From an uncultured Methanosarcinales archaeon (GTDB taxonomy: Archaea; Nanobdellota; Nanobdellia; Woesearchaeales; GW2011-AR4): a DNA stretch of 53,322 nucleotides. Location: positions 1 to 53,322 of the forward strand of contig CAZTBE010000004.1 of the NCBI GenBank assembly GCA_964611745.1. Direction: 5' to 3'. Shown piece after piece: positions 1-8,634 of this stretch (positions are counted from its first letter, which is position 1; each line of letters starts with the position of its first letter). Both the position numbers and the translations under genes were made by a program. The notes under the pieces were generated by a model, which was given only the letters and a program-made list of their open reading frames with translations, did no database searches and was not told the DNA's origin.

Positions 1-110
1 AGAGAAACAACAGCAGTTATTCCTATGATTATGCCAATCATAGTCAGCCATGACCGTAGCTTCCTACTCCTAAGGTTTTTAATAGAGAAAATAAAATAAT
101 CTTTAAGCAT
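1..110 (-). CDS. ABC transporter permease, FtsX/MacB-like (N-terminal fragment, continues off the left edge)
   Basis: The reverse-strand ATG at 110-108 opens MLKDYFIFSIKNLRSRKLRSWLTMIGIIIGITAVVS. This is the typical N-terminus plus first TM helix of MacB/FtsX permeases. It lies directly downstream of the ABC ATPase and the COG1361-like protein. Confidence 0.6.
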   Translation of the reverse strand, partial: MLKDYFIFSIKNLRSRKLRSWLTMIGIIIGITAVVS

Positions 111-129
111 TTTTTTACAGCAAAAAGAA

Positions 130-1377
130 CTACGTTCGTTTCTTCTTGCGTTTTATCCATCTTCTGTAAGCAAACAATCCTATTACCACAATCAGAATTA
201 CAATAAAGATGCCTGCTTTATTGTTGCCTTTAACTAATCCAAATTTTTTTGCTTCCGAATCAGAATAAAGATTAAGCACCAGTTCTATAGTTTCTTTGAA
301 ATCATTATTATTTGCATCTTTGTACTCAATCACCACAGGAATCTTTATCTTGTCTTTCTTGTTCTTTTCAATAAACAAATCAAAATCTGCAGTTTCATAA
401 TCATCCGAGTCTATATTGCCAATATAAACCTCCTCATTAGATAAGATCCTATAATCCTCACTGGGCATCAATTTCATATTCATAAATTTAATATTTGTTA
501 CCCCTTTGTTTACAACCTTAACAACTACCTCTCCAGGCTTAGAAGATTCGTAGATATCAGAATCATCCAATGTAATGCTTAAATCTGGTTTTGCCCCTAT
601 TGTGAGGCCTATAGTTACATTTTTTAAATAACCTTTACCTAATTCATCCAGGTAAAACACACTCAATGGAACGTTATAAACACCAGAATCTGCATCTGGT
701 TTTACTAAAACTTTAAATTTAAATTCATACCCTTGCTTAGAATCAATTTTGTAGATACTTTTTTCATTTGTTGAATCTATAGGGACCAATGGAAGATCCC
801 CTAAGCCAAGGGTCACCTTTATGTCTTTCAAAATAGAATCTGCCTTATTTGAGAGTTTTATTTTAACAATGCCGCTTGATCCTGGTTCTAGGGCATCTTT
901 ATCCATAGATACAGCTTCTACCGCAAGAATTGCATCATGAGTTTGTATATCTATATTAAAATTATCTGGTTCTATCCATTCATAACCATCAAACTTGTAC
1001 CTTAACTTCAGCTCATTTTCACCTTCGACAGCATTTTTATCTATCCTAAGTTTGTATTTAACAGTAACTGCGGTTTCTCCAAGCTGCCTCGCATATAGAG
1101 CGCCAAGATTTTTTATTGCGCTTTTTCCAGGCTCAAGTGAAAAAGGGTATTCTGGTAACAGTTCTATGACAACATCTTTTGCCTGATCAGCCCCCTCATT
1201 TTCAAAATTAAATCTCACATCAACATATTTGCCGGGTTCTGCAGGATCAGGATCCTGATTGACGAAACTTACTCTTACGTCAACATCTTTTGATACTTTT
1301 GTCATTACCTGAGCATTTACACTCAAACTAAAAACAATTAATATTAATATTCCAATCAAAATTTTCAATTTTTCCAT
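130..1377 (-). CDS. Secreted, C-terminally anchored beta-rich surface protein (COG1361/CARDB-like partner of MacB-type transporters)
   Basis: It has a signal peptide (MEKLKILIGILILIVFSLSVNA), a long beta-rich ectodomain and a C-terminal TM helix followed by a basic tail (RRWIKRKKKRT). It sits between the ABC ATPase and the FtsX-like permease. Confidence 0.5.
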   Translation of the reverse strand: MEKLKILIGILILIVFSLSVNAQVMTKVSKDVDVRVSFVNQDPDPAEPGKYVDVRFNFENEGADQAKDVVIELLPEYPFSLEPGKSAIKNLGALYARQLGETAVTVKYKLRIDKNAVEGENELKLRYKFDGYEWIEPDNFNIDIQTHDAILAVEAVSMDKDALEPGSSGIVKIKLSNKADSILKDIKVTLGLGDLPLVPIDSTNEKSIYKIDSKQGYEFKFKVLVKPDADSGVYNVPLSVFYLDELGKGYLKNVTIGLTIGAKPDLSITLDDSDIYESSKPGEVVVKVVNKGVTNIKFMNMKLMPSEDYRILSNEEVYIGNIDSDDYETADFDLFIEKNKKDKIKIPVVIEYKDANNNDFKETIELVLNLYSDSEAKKFGLVKGNNKAGIFIVILIVVIGLFAYRRWIKRKKKRT

Positions 1378-1379
1378 TT

Positions 1380-2081
1380 TTAACCACCTTTTCTTCTTTT
1401 TGATCGTTTTACAACCATACCGTCTTTAAGGAATTCAATCCTGTCGGCATGATGTGCTACATTTGTGTCATGAGTGACCATGATGATTGTTTTTCCTTCT
1501 TTCCTGTTTAAATTTTCCAAAAAGCTCATAACTGTTTCCCCAGTAGTTGAATCAAGATTTCCTGTAGGCTCATCCGCTAAAACAACCTCTGGATCATTTG
1601 CTAAGGATCTTGCAATTGCAACCCTTTGTTGCTGGCCGCCTGAGAGTTCAGTAGGTTTATGGCTCATTCTATCACCCAAACCAACCATTTCCAAAATATG
1701 TTTTGCTTTCTCAGTCCTCTCTTCACTTTCAATACCTTGAAATATCATGGGCAAAGTGACATTTTCCAAAGCACTTAACGTATTGATTAAATTAAACTGC
1801 TGGAATATAAAACCAATCTTCTTCCCCCTTATCTGCGCTAAATCTGATTCTGAAAGCTTTGAAATGTCATGATTCTCAAGATAAATTTTTCCTTTAGTTG
1901 GAATGTCTAATGCGCCAACCATATTTACTGCAGTTGATTTACCTGAACCTGATGGCCCCATTATTGCAACAAACTCTCCTCTTTTAATCTCTAGACTCAT
2001 CCCCCTAAGAGCATTTACCTTAACTTCTCCCATTTGGTAAATTTTCCATACATCATTCAATCTAATAATTGTATCTTTCAT
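1380..2081 (-). CDS. ABC transporter ATP-binding protein (MacB/LolD type)
   Basis: Walker A GPSGSGKST, ABC signature LSGGQQQRVAIARSL, Walker B VVLADEPTGNLD and H-loop VTHD are all present. Confidence 0.95.
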   Translation of the reverse strand: MKDTIIRLNDVWKIYQMGEVKVNALRGMSLEIKRGEFVAIMGPSGSGKSTAVNMVGALDIPTKGKIYLENHDISKLSESDLAQIRGKKIGFIFQQFNLINTLSALENVTLPMIFQGIESEERTEKAKHILEMVGLGDRMSHKPTELSGGQQQRVAIARSLANDPEVVLADEPTGNLDSTTGETVMSFLENLNRKEGKTIIMVTHDTNVAHHADRIEFLKDGMVVKRSKRRKGG

Positions 2082-2273
2082 TTATTTTAACACCCACAAA
2101 TTTACACCTGCTTTCTTTATCCGCTTAAACTTATTATCCAGAGTCATTTCCAAAAGATATTTTTCTGCAGTATTCCATGAAATATCAAATTGATTAGCAA
2201 TCTCTGCAGTAGTTATAATCCCGTCTTTCTTGGAAAAATCCAGAATTTTCCTTTTTAAATTATGTAATTTCAT
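2082..2273 (-). CDS. Small winged-helix/HTH DNA-binding protein
   Basis: This 63-aa protein has an HTH-like core (ITTAEIANQFDISWNTAEKYL). Its stop abuts the ABC ATPase start (2082/2081), so it is probably the first gene of the export operon. Confidence 0.45.
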   Translation of the reverse strand: MKLHNLKRKILDFSKKDGIITTAEIANQFDISWNTAEKYLLEMTLDNKFKRIKKAGVNLWVLK

Positions 2274-2592
2274 AAGTAAATACCTATTCTTATACTTATT
2301 TTATTACCTATGAATAAAACTATGTAATAACATATATTTAAAGGTTGTGATTTGCTATAAACAAGTTTATATTTAGAATGTTTGAATGAAAAAAAATGTT
2401 TGTTACTGTTGTAAAAAATCCAAAACCTGTCCAACACACTCTTCCAAGCTTTTTGATGTATCAATTTCAATGCTACCAAAAGGCATAGGAACATATATCG
2501 GTTCTTTTTTTAAACAACGGAATTCCACCAATTTTTAATTGGTGGAATGAGTAGTGCTCGAAAACCACTCCTTATTGGTGGAATTCCGAGCA

Positions 2593-3129
2593 TCAAAAAC
2601 CACCTGAAAGTGAAGCTACTGAAATCATGCCACCCATCTCTGATGGGTGGTTTTTGACAAACCCACCCCAATCTTTAAATTTACCCCAATCTCTTTCATA
2701 GCCTCTTTCTTCTAATCTTTGCCTAATAAGCTCTTCAGGAGCAACACATCTTATTAACTTTAATTTTGAATGTGTTTCTTCTGTTAATATTCTATATCTA
2801 TCAGCCCATCCCTCATTTTGAACTTCAGTTGAATGTTGTGCATTAACCAAAACACTAATACCCCCCATTAAATTATCTCTTGCTTCATTATAAATTATGC
2901 GATATGCCGTTGGTCTTACAGTCCCTTCATAAAATTCCCCGCTTCTTTCTGCAGTGTAACCATCAGCAATACTATCTTTGTCAATATATGCCATATGGAA
3001 ATGATTAATAACGCCAGGACCAGTTCTAACTTCATTATAATCATATCCAGTTGACAAAGTTGTTTTCCCACTACCCGCAATACCTGTAACAATTACTAAA
3101 ACATGCGGGTTAAGATATAATTTTTCCAT
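2593..3129 (-). CDS. P-loop NTPase / small kinase (AAA_33 or zeta-toxin-like)
   Basis: Walker A GIAGSGKTT lies near the N-terminus, and the 178-aa size fits this family. The last ~20 codons and the TGA stop lie inside a palindromic GC-rich element (see findings). Confidence 0.55.
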   Translation of the reverse strand: MEKLYLNPHVLVIVTGIAGSGKTTLSTGYDYNEVRTGPGVINHFHMAYIDKDSIADGYTAERSGEFYEGTVRPTAYRIIYNEARDNLMGGISVLVNAQHSTEVQNEGWADRYRILTEETHSKLKLIRCVAPEELIRQRLEERGYERDWGKFKDWGGFVKNHPSEMGGMISVASLSGGF

Positions 3130-3229
3130 TCTATAGTCGTAAATAAGGTTTATTAATAAATTTAACTGAATAGTTTAAATTAATTTTTTATAAAAACATT
3201 TAAATTAAACAAATAACTAAGTCTGTACT

Positions 3230-4651
3230 ATGAACTGGAAAACTTTATCACATTCAAGCACCCAAAAAATAGAAGGTATACAAAACAAGAAATTAAGATA
3301 TTTTATACAGCACAAAATACCATTTAGTCCTTATTACAATAAATTATTCAAAAAAAACAAAATAAATTTTTCAGATATAAAAACAGTAGATGATTTAAAG
3401 AAAATTCCTTTTACAATAAAAAAGGATATTGCACCAACAAAAAACAAACCAAAAAAACATGCTGATTTTATTCTACAGCCAACTAAAGATACAATAAAGA
3501 AATATTCATCAAAATTAGATTTATTGAAATATTCTTTAAACAAAAATTCTGTCTTTAGTGAATTCAAACCAATTCATTTGCATTTTACAACAGGAAGGAC
3601 TGCTAACGCTGTACCGTTTCTTTACACATCTTACGATTTAGAAAAATTAAGAGAAGCAGGAAGAAGAATGATGGACATCGTTAATGTTGGAAGAGGTGAT
3701 AAGTTAGTAAATGCTTTTCCTTATGCACCACATCTTGCATTCTGGGCCACATTTTTTGCAGCAGAAGCTATTGAAATATTTGCAGTGCATACAGGCGGTG
3801 GGAAAATTTTAGGTACAGATAAGATAATAAAAACTATTGAGAGTACAAAAGCAAGCTTATTGGCCTTTATTCCAGGCTATGCATATCATTTATTAAGAGA
3901 GGCAAAAAACAAGAAAGCTAGTTTTAGCAATGTTAAAAAAATATTTTTTGGAGGTGAAAGAGTTCCAAAAGGATTAAGAGAAAAAATAAAAAGCATGCTA
4001 ACAAGCTTAGGAAGCAAAAATCCAGAAATATTTGCAACTTATGCTTTTACAGAAGGAAAGATTGTATGGGCAGAATGTAAAGAAAATTCTGGTTACCATC
4101 TTTATCCTGATATGGAATTTATTGAAATAATAGATAAAAATGGAGAAAATGTTGGAGAAAATGAGAAAGGGGAGATTGTTTATACAGCATTAGACTTTAG
4201 AGGAACTGTTGTTTTAAGGTATAAAACAGGAGACATTGGAAGCATAACAAATGAAAAATGTGTTTGTGGAAGAACAATTCCAAGATTAAGCTCTGAAATC
4301 GAAAGAAGCTCTGAAATTAAGGAATTCAATCTAACAAAAGTAAAAGGCACATTAGTTAATTTAAATGCCTTTTTTGAAATATTAAACATAAAAGAAATAG
4401 AAGAATGGCAAGTGGAAATCAAAAAAAAGAACAATGATCCATATGAATTAGATGAATTAGTTGTTTATATTGCCCCTAAAAAGAATATTGATTTTATTAA
4501 ACTAAAATCTAAATTAAAAAATTTATTAAAAGAAAAATTAGAAATTACTCCAGAAATTATTAAAATTGACTTAAATAAATTATTAAATAAACTGGGAATG
4601 GAAACAGAGTTAAAGGAAAAGAGGATTGTTGATAATAGGACTAAAACTTGA
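3230..4651 (+). CDS. Adenylate-forming enzyme, phenylacetate-CoA ligase / coenzyme F390 synthetase family
   Basis: TTGRTANAVPF corresponds to the SSGTTG AMP-binding loop of PaaK-type enzymes. YAFTEG and RYKTGD are ANL-superfamily motifs. Confidence 0.6.
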   Translation: MNWKTLSHSSTQKIEGIQNKKLRYFIQHKIPFSPYYNKLFKKNKINFSDIKTVDDLKKIPFTIKKDIAPTKNKPKKHADFILQPTKDTIKKYSSKLDLLKYSLNKNSVFSEFKPIHLHFTTGRTANAVPFLYTSYDLEKLREAGRRMMDIVNVGRGDKLVNAFPYAPHLAFWATFFAAEAIEIFAVHTGGGKILGTDKIIKTIESTKASLLAFIPGYAYHLLREAKNKKASFSNVKKIFFGGERVPKGLREKIKSMLTSLGSKNPEIFATYAFTEGKIVWAECKENSGYHLYPDMEFIEIIDKNGENVGENEKGEIVYTALDFRGTVVLRYKTGDIGSITNEKCVCGRTIPRLSSEIERSSEIKEFNLTKVKGTLVNLNAFFEILNIKEIEEWQVEIKKKNNDPYELDELVVYIAPKKNIDFIKLKSKLKNLLKEKLEITPEIIKIDLNKLLNKLGMETELKEKRIVDNRTKT

Positions 4652-5306
4652 CTAATACGGCCCTTATAGGACTTCCATCTCCATCTTTAACCTTTAAAGG
4701 CAGCCCAATAAAGAAATATCTTCCAGCTTTAATTTTTGACAGCTCAAGTCCCTCAACAACTGGAATAGTTTTATTAAACAATATCTTATGCGTCTCATGC
4801 CCTGCTTGATTCCTTTCAATACCCAAATTATCAATCCCAATTAATTTTATTTTTTTATTTGCAAGAAATTTTGCCCCTGTTTTATCAAGATAAGTAAAAT
4901 TCTTATTAAATTTTTTCAAAGCCCTGTTTCTGGTTTTCAACAATACAATATCGTTCTTTTTTATTATTAATCTTTTATTATTAATTTTTTTAAATGTTTT
5001 TTTATTGATTAAATCATTGAAATCTTTTATTGTAATTTTATTTTTTATTGAAGAAAAATCCAAAACAACACAATCCCCCATAAACTTGCCAACATCCATA
5101 TTTTCCATTGTTTTTCCTTTCGCAAGCATATGAAAATAAGCATCAGCATGCGTCCCTGTATGACTCTCAATCTCTAACTTAGATTCATTAGCATTATCTC
5201 CTTGCTTTAAGGCACTTGTAATCTTTATCTTTGGTCTTTTTTCTTTCTTATCCTTGTAGATAGCCATATCTTCCCTTATCTCCATAGAAATATCATAGAT
5301 TTTCAT
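4641..5306 (-). CDS. Putative cyclase / kynurenine-formamidase-family metal hydrolase
   Basis: HTGTHADAYFH matches the HxGTHxDxPxH metal-site motif of the cyclase family. Its ATG (5306-5304) overlaps the zwf TGA (5305-5303) as ATGA. Confidence 0.65.
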   Translation of the reverse strand: MKIYDISMEIREDMAIYKDKKEKRPKIKITSALKQGDNANESKLEIESHTGTHADAYFHMLAKGKTMENMDVGKFMGDCVVLDFSSIKNKITIKDFNDLINKKTFKKINNKRLIIKKNDIVLLKTRNRALKKFNKNFTYLDKTGAKFLANKKIKLIGIDNLGIERNQAGHETHKILFNKTIPVVEGLELSKIKAGRYFFIGLPLKVKDGDGSPIRAVLVKF

Positions 5307-6817
5307 TTTGAGTTGTTTTCCAATAAAGCTGAATAAGACGGTTTCTGAGGTTTATACCATTTTCTACCATCTTTCTCAATCAACCTATCCGCTTCCTTTG
5401 GTCCCCAGCTTCCTGGATTATAACTAGAAACCTTTCCATGCTCCCATGATTTAGCTATTTTATCAATAATCTTCCAGGAATATTTTACCATATCCCAGCT
5501 AGTGAACAAAGTTTGGTCGCCAATTGTAACATCATAGAGCAATCTTTCATAAGCGTCAGGAGTATTAGGGCCAAATTTACATTCATGGCAGAAATCCATT
5601 CTTGCATTATCAACCACCATTTTTTTGCCGGGAACCTTTGCAGAGAATTGCAGAGAAATTCCTTCTTCAGGCTGTATCCTGACTATAAGCATATTTGGCT
5701 CTATATTCTTAATATGCTCATTGAATAAAATACCTGGATTTTGCTTAAAAACAATGTTTATTTCCGCAGCTCTTTCCTTTAGCCTTTTTCCTGTTCTTAA
5801 ATAAAATGGAACGTTTGCCCACCCACCATCATTTATATTTAGTTTCAAAGCAACAAAAGTTTCAGTGTTAGAATTTTTGTCAACCTTTTCTTCATCTCTA
5901 TAAGCTTTTACTCTCTTGCCATTTATTTCTCCAGAGCCATATTGGCCTCTTACAGCAATTTTATTGACATCTTTTAGTGCAAATGATCTTATAGACCTCA
6001 AAACCTTTACTTTTTCTTTTCTTATATCTCCAGCATTCAGGCTTACAGGATATTCCATAGCAGTCATAGCAACTAACTGCAGCATATGATTCTGTATAAT
6101 ATCCTTTAAAGCTCCTGCCTTTTCATAATAGTTGCCTCTTGCCTCTATGCCAAGATCTTCTGCAACAGTAATCTGCACATGGTCAATGTATTTTTTGTTC
6201 CATATGGGTTCAAATATGCTGTTTGCGAACCTAAGCACAAGCAGATTTTGCACTAGCTCTTTGCCCAAATAATGATCAATCCTGTAAATCTGTTTTTCTT
6301 TGAAAACCTTTTTTATTGATTCATTGAGTTTTTTTGCTGATTTTAAATCACGGCCAAATGGCTTTTCAAAAATAACCCTGTTCCACTCAGAACTAACAAC
6401 AAGACCGCTTTTCTTTAAATTAGATATTATTACCTCAAAGAAACTAGGTGGTGATGAAAGGTAAAATACCTTATTGCAGCCTGCAGTCTTTGTGCATATT
6501 TTTTTTATCAGCTGCTTAAGCCTGTTATACCCTTTAACATCCTGGAATTCAGATTGATGATAAAAAATCTTATTTGCTAATCTTTTCCAAACCTTATTGA
6601 CAACTTTAAACTTAGAAAATCTTTTTATTGCCCTTAATACTTCTTTTCTAAACTCCTCACTATTTTTTTCTCTCCTGGCAAACGCTATTATCTTTGAATC
6701 TTTATGTAAAAGATTTTCAAATTCCAGCTTGTACAGCGCAGGCAGCAGTTTTCTGTTCATAAGGTCGCCAGTTGCGCCAAAGATTGTAATTACACACGGT
6801 TCGGTCTTAGTTTCCAT
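5303..6817 (-). CDS. zwf: Glucose-6-phosphate 1-dehydrogenase
   Basis: It has the N-terminal NADP loop FGATGDLMNRKL and the active-site motif RIDHYLGKE. The 504-aa length is typical. Confidence 0.9.
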   Translation of the reverse strand: METKTEPCVITIFGATGDLMNRKLLPALYKLEFENLLHKDSKIIAFARREKNSEEFRKEVLRAIKRFSKFKVVNKVWKRLANKIFYHQSEFQDVKGYNRLKQLIKKICTKTAGCNKVFYLSSPPSFFEVIISNLKKSGLVVSSEWNRVIFEKPFGRDLKSAKKLNESIKKVFKEKQIYRIDHYLGKELVQNLLVLRFANSIFEPIWNKKYIDHVQITVAEDLGIEARGNYYEKAGALKDIIQNHMLQLVAMTAMEYPVSLNAGDIRKEKVKVLRSIRSFALKDVNKIAVRGQYGSGEINGKRVKAYRDEEKVDKNSNTETFVALKLNINDGGWANVPFYLRTGKRLKERAAEINIVFKQNPGILFNEHIKNIEPNMLIVRIQPEEGISLQFSAKVPGKKMVVDNARMDFCHECKFGPNTPDAYERLLYDVTIGDQTLFTSWDMVKYSWKIIDKIAKSWEHGKVSSYNPGSWGPKEADRLIEKDGRKWYKPQKPSYSALLENNSK

Positions 6818-6818
6818 T

Positions 6819-7709
6819 TTACTTCTTTTTTACAGCATGGCCCCCAAACTCCCGTCTAATTGCAGCTATTGTTTTTTTACCCAAAATAAATCTCTTGCTT
6901 TTGTCCTGCCTTATTTTTGTAGCAACCTCAAAAGCAGGAGCATAACCTTTCACTGACTTTGCTGTTTTTTTAAGCTCATCAATAGTAACACTTCCAATTT
7001 TTGGACTTATACTCTTAAAATCTGATCTTTTAAGTGCAACATTCGCCAAATCCATCAGCCAACTGTTTATCACGCTTGCAGGTTTCCAAACAGAAGTAGC
7101 TTTGACAATATCAATTGGTTGCTTAAACTTGCTAAGCAGCTCAACACCTTCTGCTAACCCCTGTAGATACACATATTCAATCATATTATGCACACTTTTT
7201 ACAAAATGTCCTGCTCCCACATTTCCAAAATAGCCATAGCCATTTTTAGCAGACAAAGCCTTGCAGAAAGGTTCTATATGCTTAAACTGACTTTTAGTGC
7301 CGCCAACCATTAAAGTATACCCATTTTTAAGGCCCCAAATGCCTCCAGAAACACCACAATCAAAAAAATAAACCCCTTTCTTCTTACACAATTTATCATG
7401 TTTTTCTGCATTTTCATAAAAATCATTTGCACCATCAACAATAATATCTCCCTTATTCAGCAACAGAAGCAATTTTTTTATCATATCATCTGTAACTTTA
7501 CCAGCTGGCAGCATCAGCCAGATAATTCTTTTGCCCTTTAACTTACCAACTAGCTCTTCAACACTAAACGCAGGAACAGCACCTTTTCTTGCAATCTGCT
7601 TTACCTTTTCCGGGCTTCTGTTATATGCAATAACATTAAACTTATGCTTAAGAAGACGCTCTACCATATTAAAGCCCATTCTTCCTAATCCAACAAAACC
7701 CAGTCTCAT
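6819..7709 (-). CDS. gnd: 6-phosphogluconate dehydrogenase, decarboxylating, short (Gnd/YqeC-like) form
   Basis: MRLGFVGLGRMGFNMVERL forms the Rossmann N-terminus, and the 296-aa short form fits this subfamily. Its stop lies 1 nt from the zwf start. Confidence 0.8.
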   Translation of the reverse strand: MRLGFVGLGRMGFNMVERLLKHKFNVIAYNRSPEKVKQIARKGAVPAFSVEELVGKLKGKRIIWLMLPAGKVTDDMIKKLLLLLNKGDIIVDGANDFYENAEKHDKLCKKKGVYFFDCGVSGGIWGLKNGYTLMVGGTKSQFKHIEPFCKALSAKNGYGYFGNVGAGHFVKSVHNMIEYVYLQGLAEGVELLSKFKQPIDIVKATSVWKPASVINSWLMDLANVALKRSDFKSISPKIGSVTIDELKKTAKSVKGYAPAFEVATKIRQDKSKRFILGKKTIAAIRREFGGHAVKKK

Positions 7710-7886
7710 TTATACACCCCCTTAATTTTATTTTTTAAATTGGTCTTTTTTAATTAACTTTTATTAATTTTAGTTTAAAATATTGGATTTATTTTTATTA
7801 TGTAGTTATTATTGAAGTTAATTTTTATTTTATTGTATATAAAATAAGTAGTATTTAAATAATATGCCTTTAACCTATAAAATGTA

Positions 7887-8444
7887 ATGAAATTTCCAAA
7901 AATTGCATTATTCTGCATTGTTCTATTATTTTTAGTCTCAGCATGTAAAACAATAGAAGAGGAACCAAAAGAAAAAATTGTAGAGTTCGGAAAGACCATA
8001 ACATTTGATTATGCAGCAGGATTTGACAATGGAACTTTATTTGATACCTCTTTTGAGATAGCTGCAATAGAAGCAGGCATTTACAATCCTGACAGAATTT
8101 ATGAACCAATTACTCTTGTATATGGTGAAGGTACATTTTTTCCCGGTTTAGAAGAAGCATTGCTTGGAATGAAAACAGATGAGACAAAAAATGTTAGAAT
8201 TCCTCCAGATAAAGCCTATGGGGTATTTATAGAAGACTCAACAAGAGTTTTGCCTAAAAACTCCATCAAAGGAACCGGTGAAATAAAAGTTGGCCAGATG
8301 ATAGAGATTGTAGCACTTGAAGGCCAAAGAGTACCTTCTTATATAAAAGAAATAGGAGAAGAAAACATAACTGTTGAATTAAAAAACCATCCTTTAGCAG
8401 GAGAATATATTCAGTTTGCGATAATAGTTAAGAGTATTGAGTAA
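7887..8444 (+). CDS. FKBP-type peptidyl-prolyl cis-trans isomerase (SlyD-like) with signal peptide/lipobox
   Basis: The FKBP core is present (FDYAAGFDNGTLFDTS, PGLEEALLGMK, NHPLAGEYIQF). The N-terminus MKFPKIALFCIVLLFLVSAC resembles a lipoprotein signal. Confidence 0.8.
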   Translation: MKFPKIALFCIVLLFLVSACKTIEEEPKEKIVEFGKTITFDYAAGFDNGTLFDTSFEIAAIEAGIYNPDRIYEPITLVYGEGTFFPGLEEALLGMKTDETKNVRIPPDKAYGVFIEDSTRVLPKNSIKGTGEIKVGQMIEIVALEGQRVPSYIKEIGEENITVELKNHPLAGEYIQFAIIVKSIE

Positions 8445-8634
8445 ATTCTAATAATAATTTTTTATCATAATTTCATTTTCAATGAATCAATTTGTTATTA
8501 TTTTAGTTTCTAAATTTAATTGTAACCGTTTTTAATTTAATTATTGAATCATTTATTATTATTTTATTGAAAACTAGTATTTTATTTTTTAGTGTATTTT
8601 AATTATTGTATGCTTCAATTGGATTTAATTCCTT
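8445..8634. repeat. T-rich low-complexity intergenic spacer of the TTAATTATTG family
   Basis: TTAATTATTG occurs at 8537 and 8599. ATTGAA/ATTGTA units recur. The spacer lies between the convergent FKBP and radical SAM genes. Confidence 0.5.

Noticed and set aside
2270-2494. A 74-aa ORF lies upstream of the wHTH gene.
   Set aside because: It lies in AT-rich promoter-like DNA. Its translation is low-complexity, hydrophobic and basic, with no RBS or start context and no motif support.
7775-8109. Minus-strand ORFs 7775-7999 and 7870-8109 overlap the FKBP gene start.
   Set aside because: They are antisense or promoter-region shadow ORFs in AT-rich sequence. The plus-strand FKBP gene explains the region.
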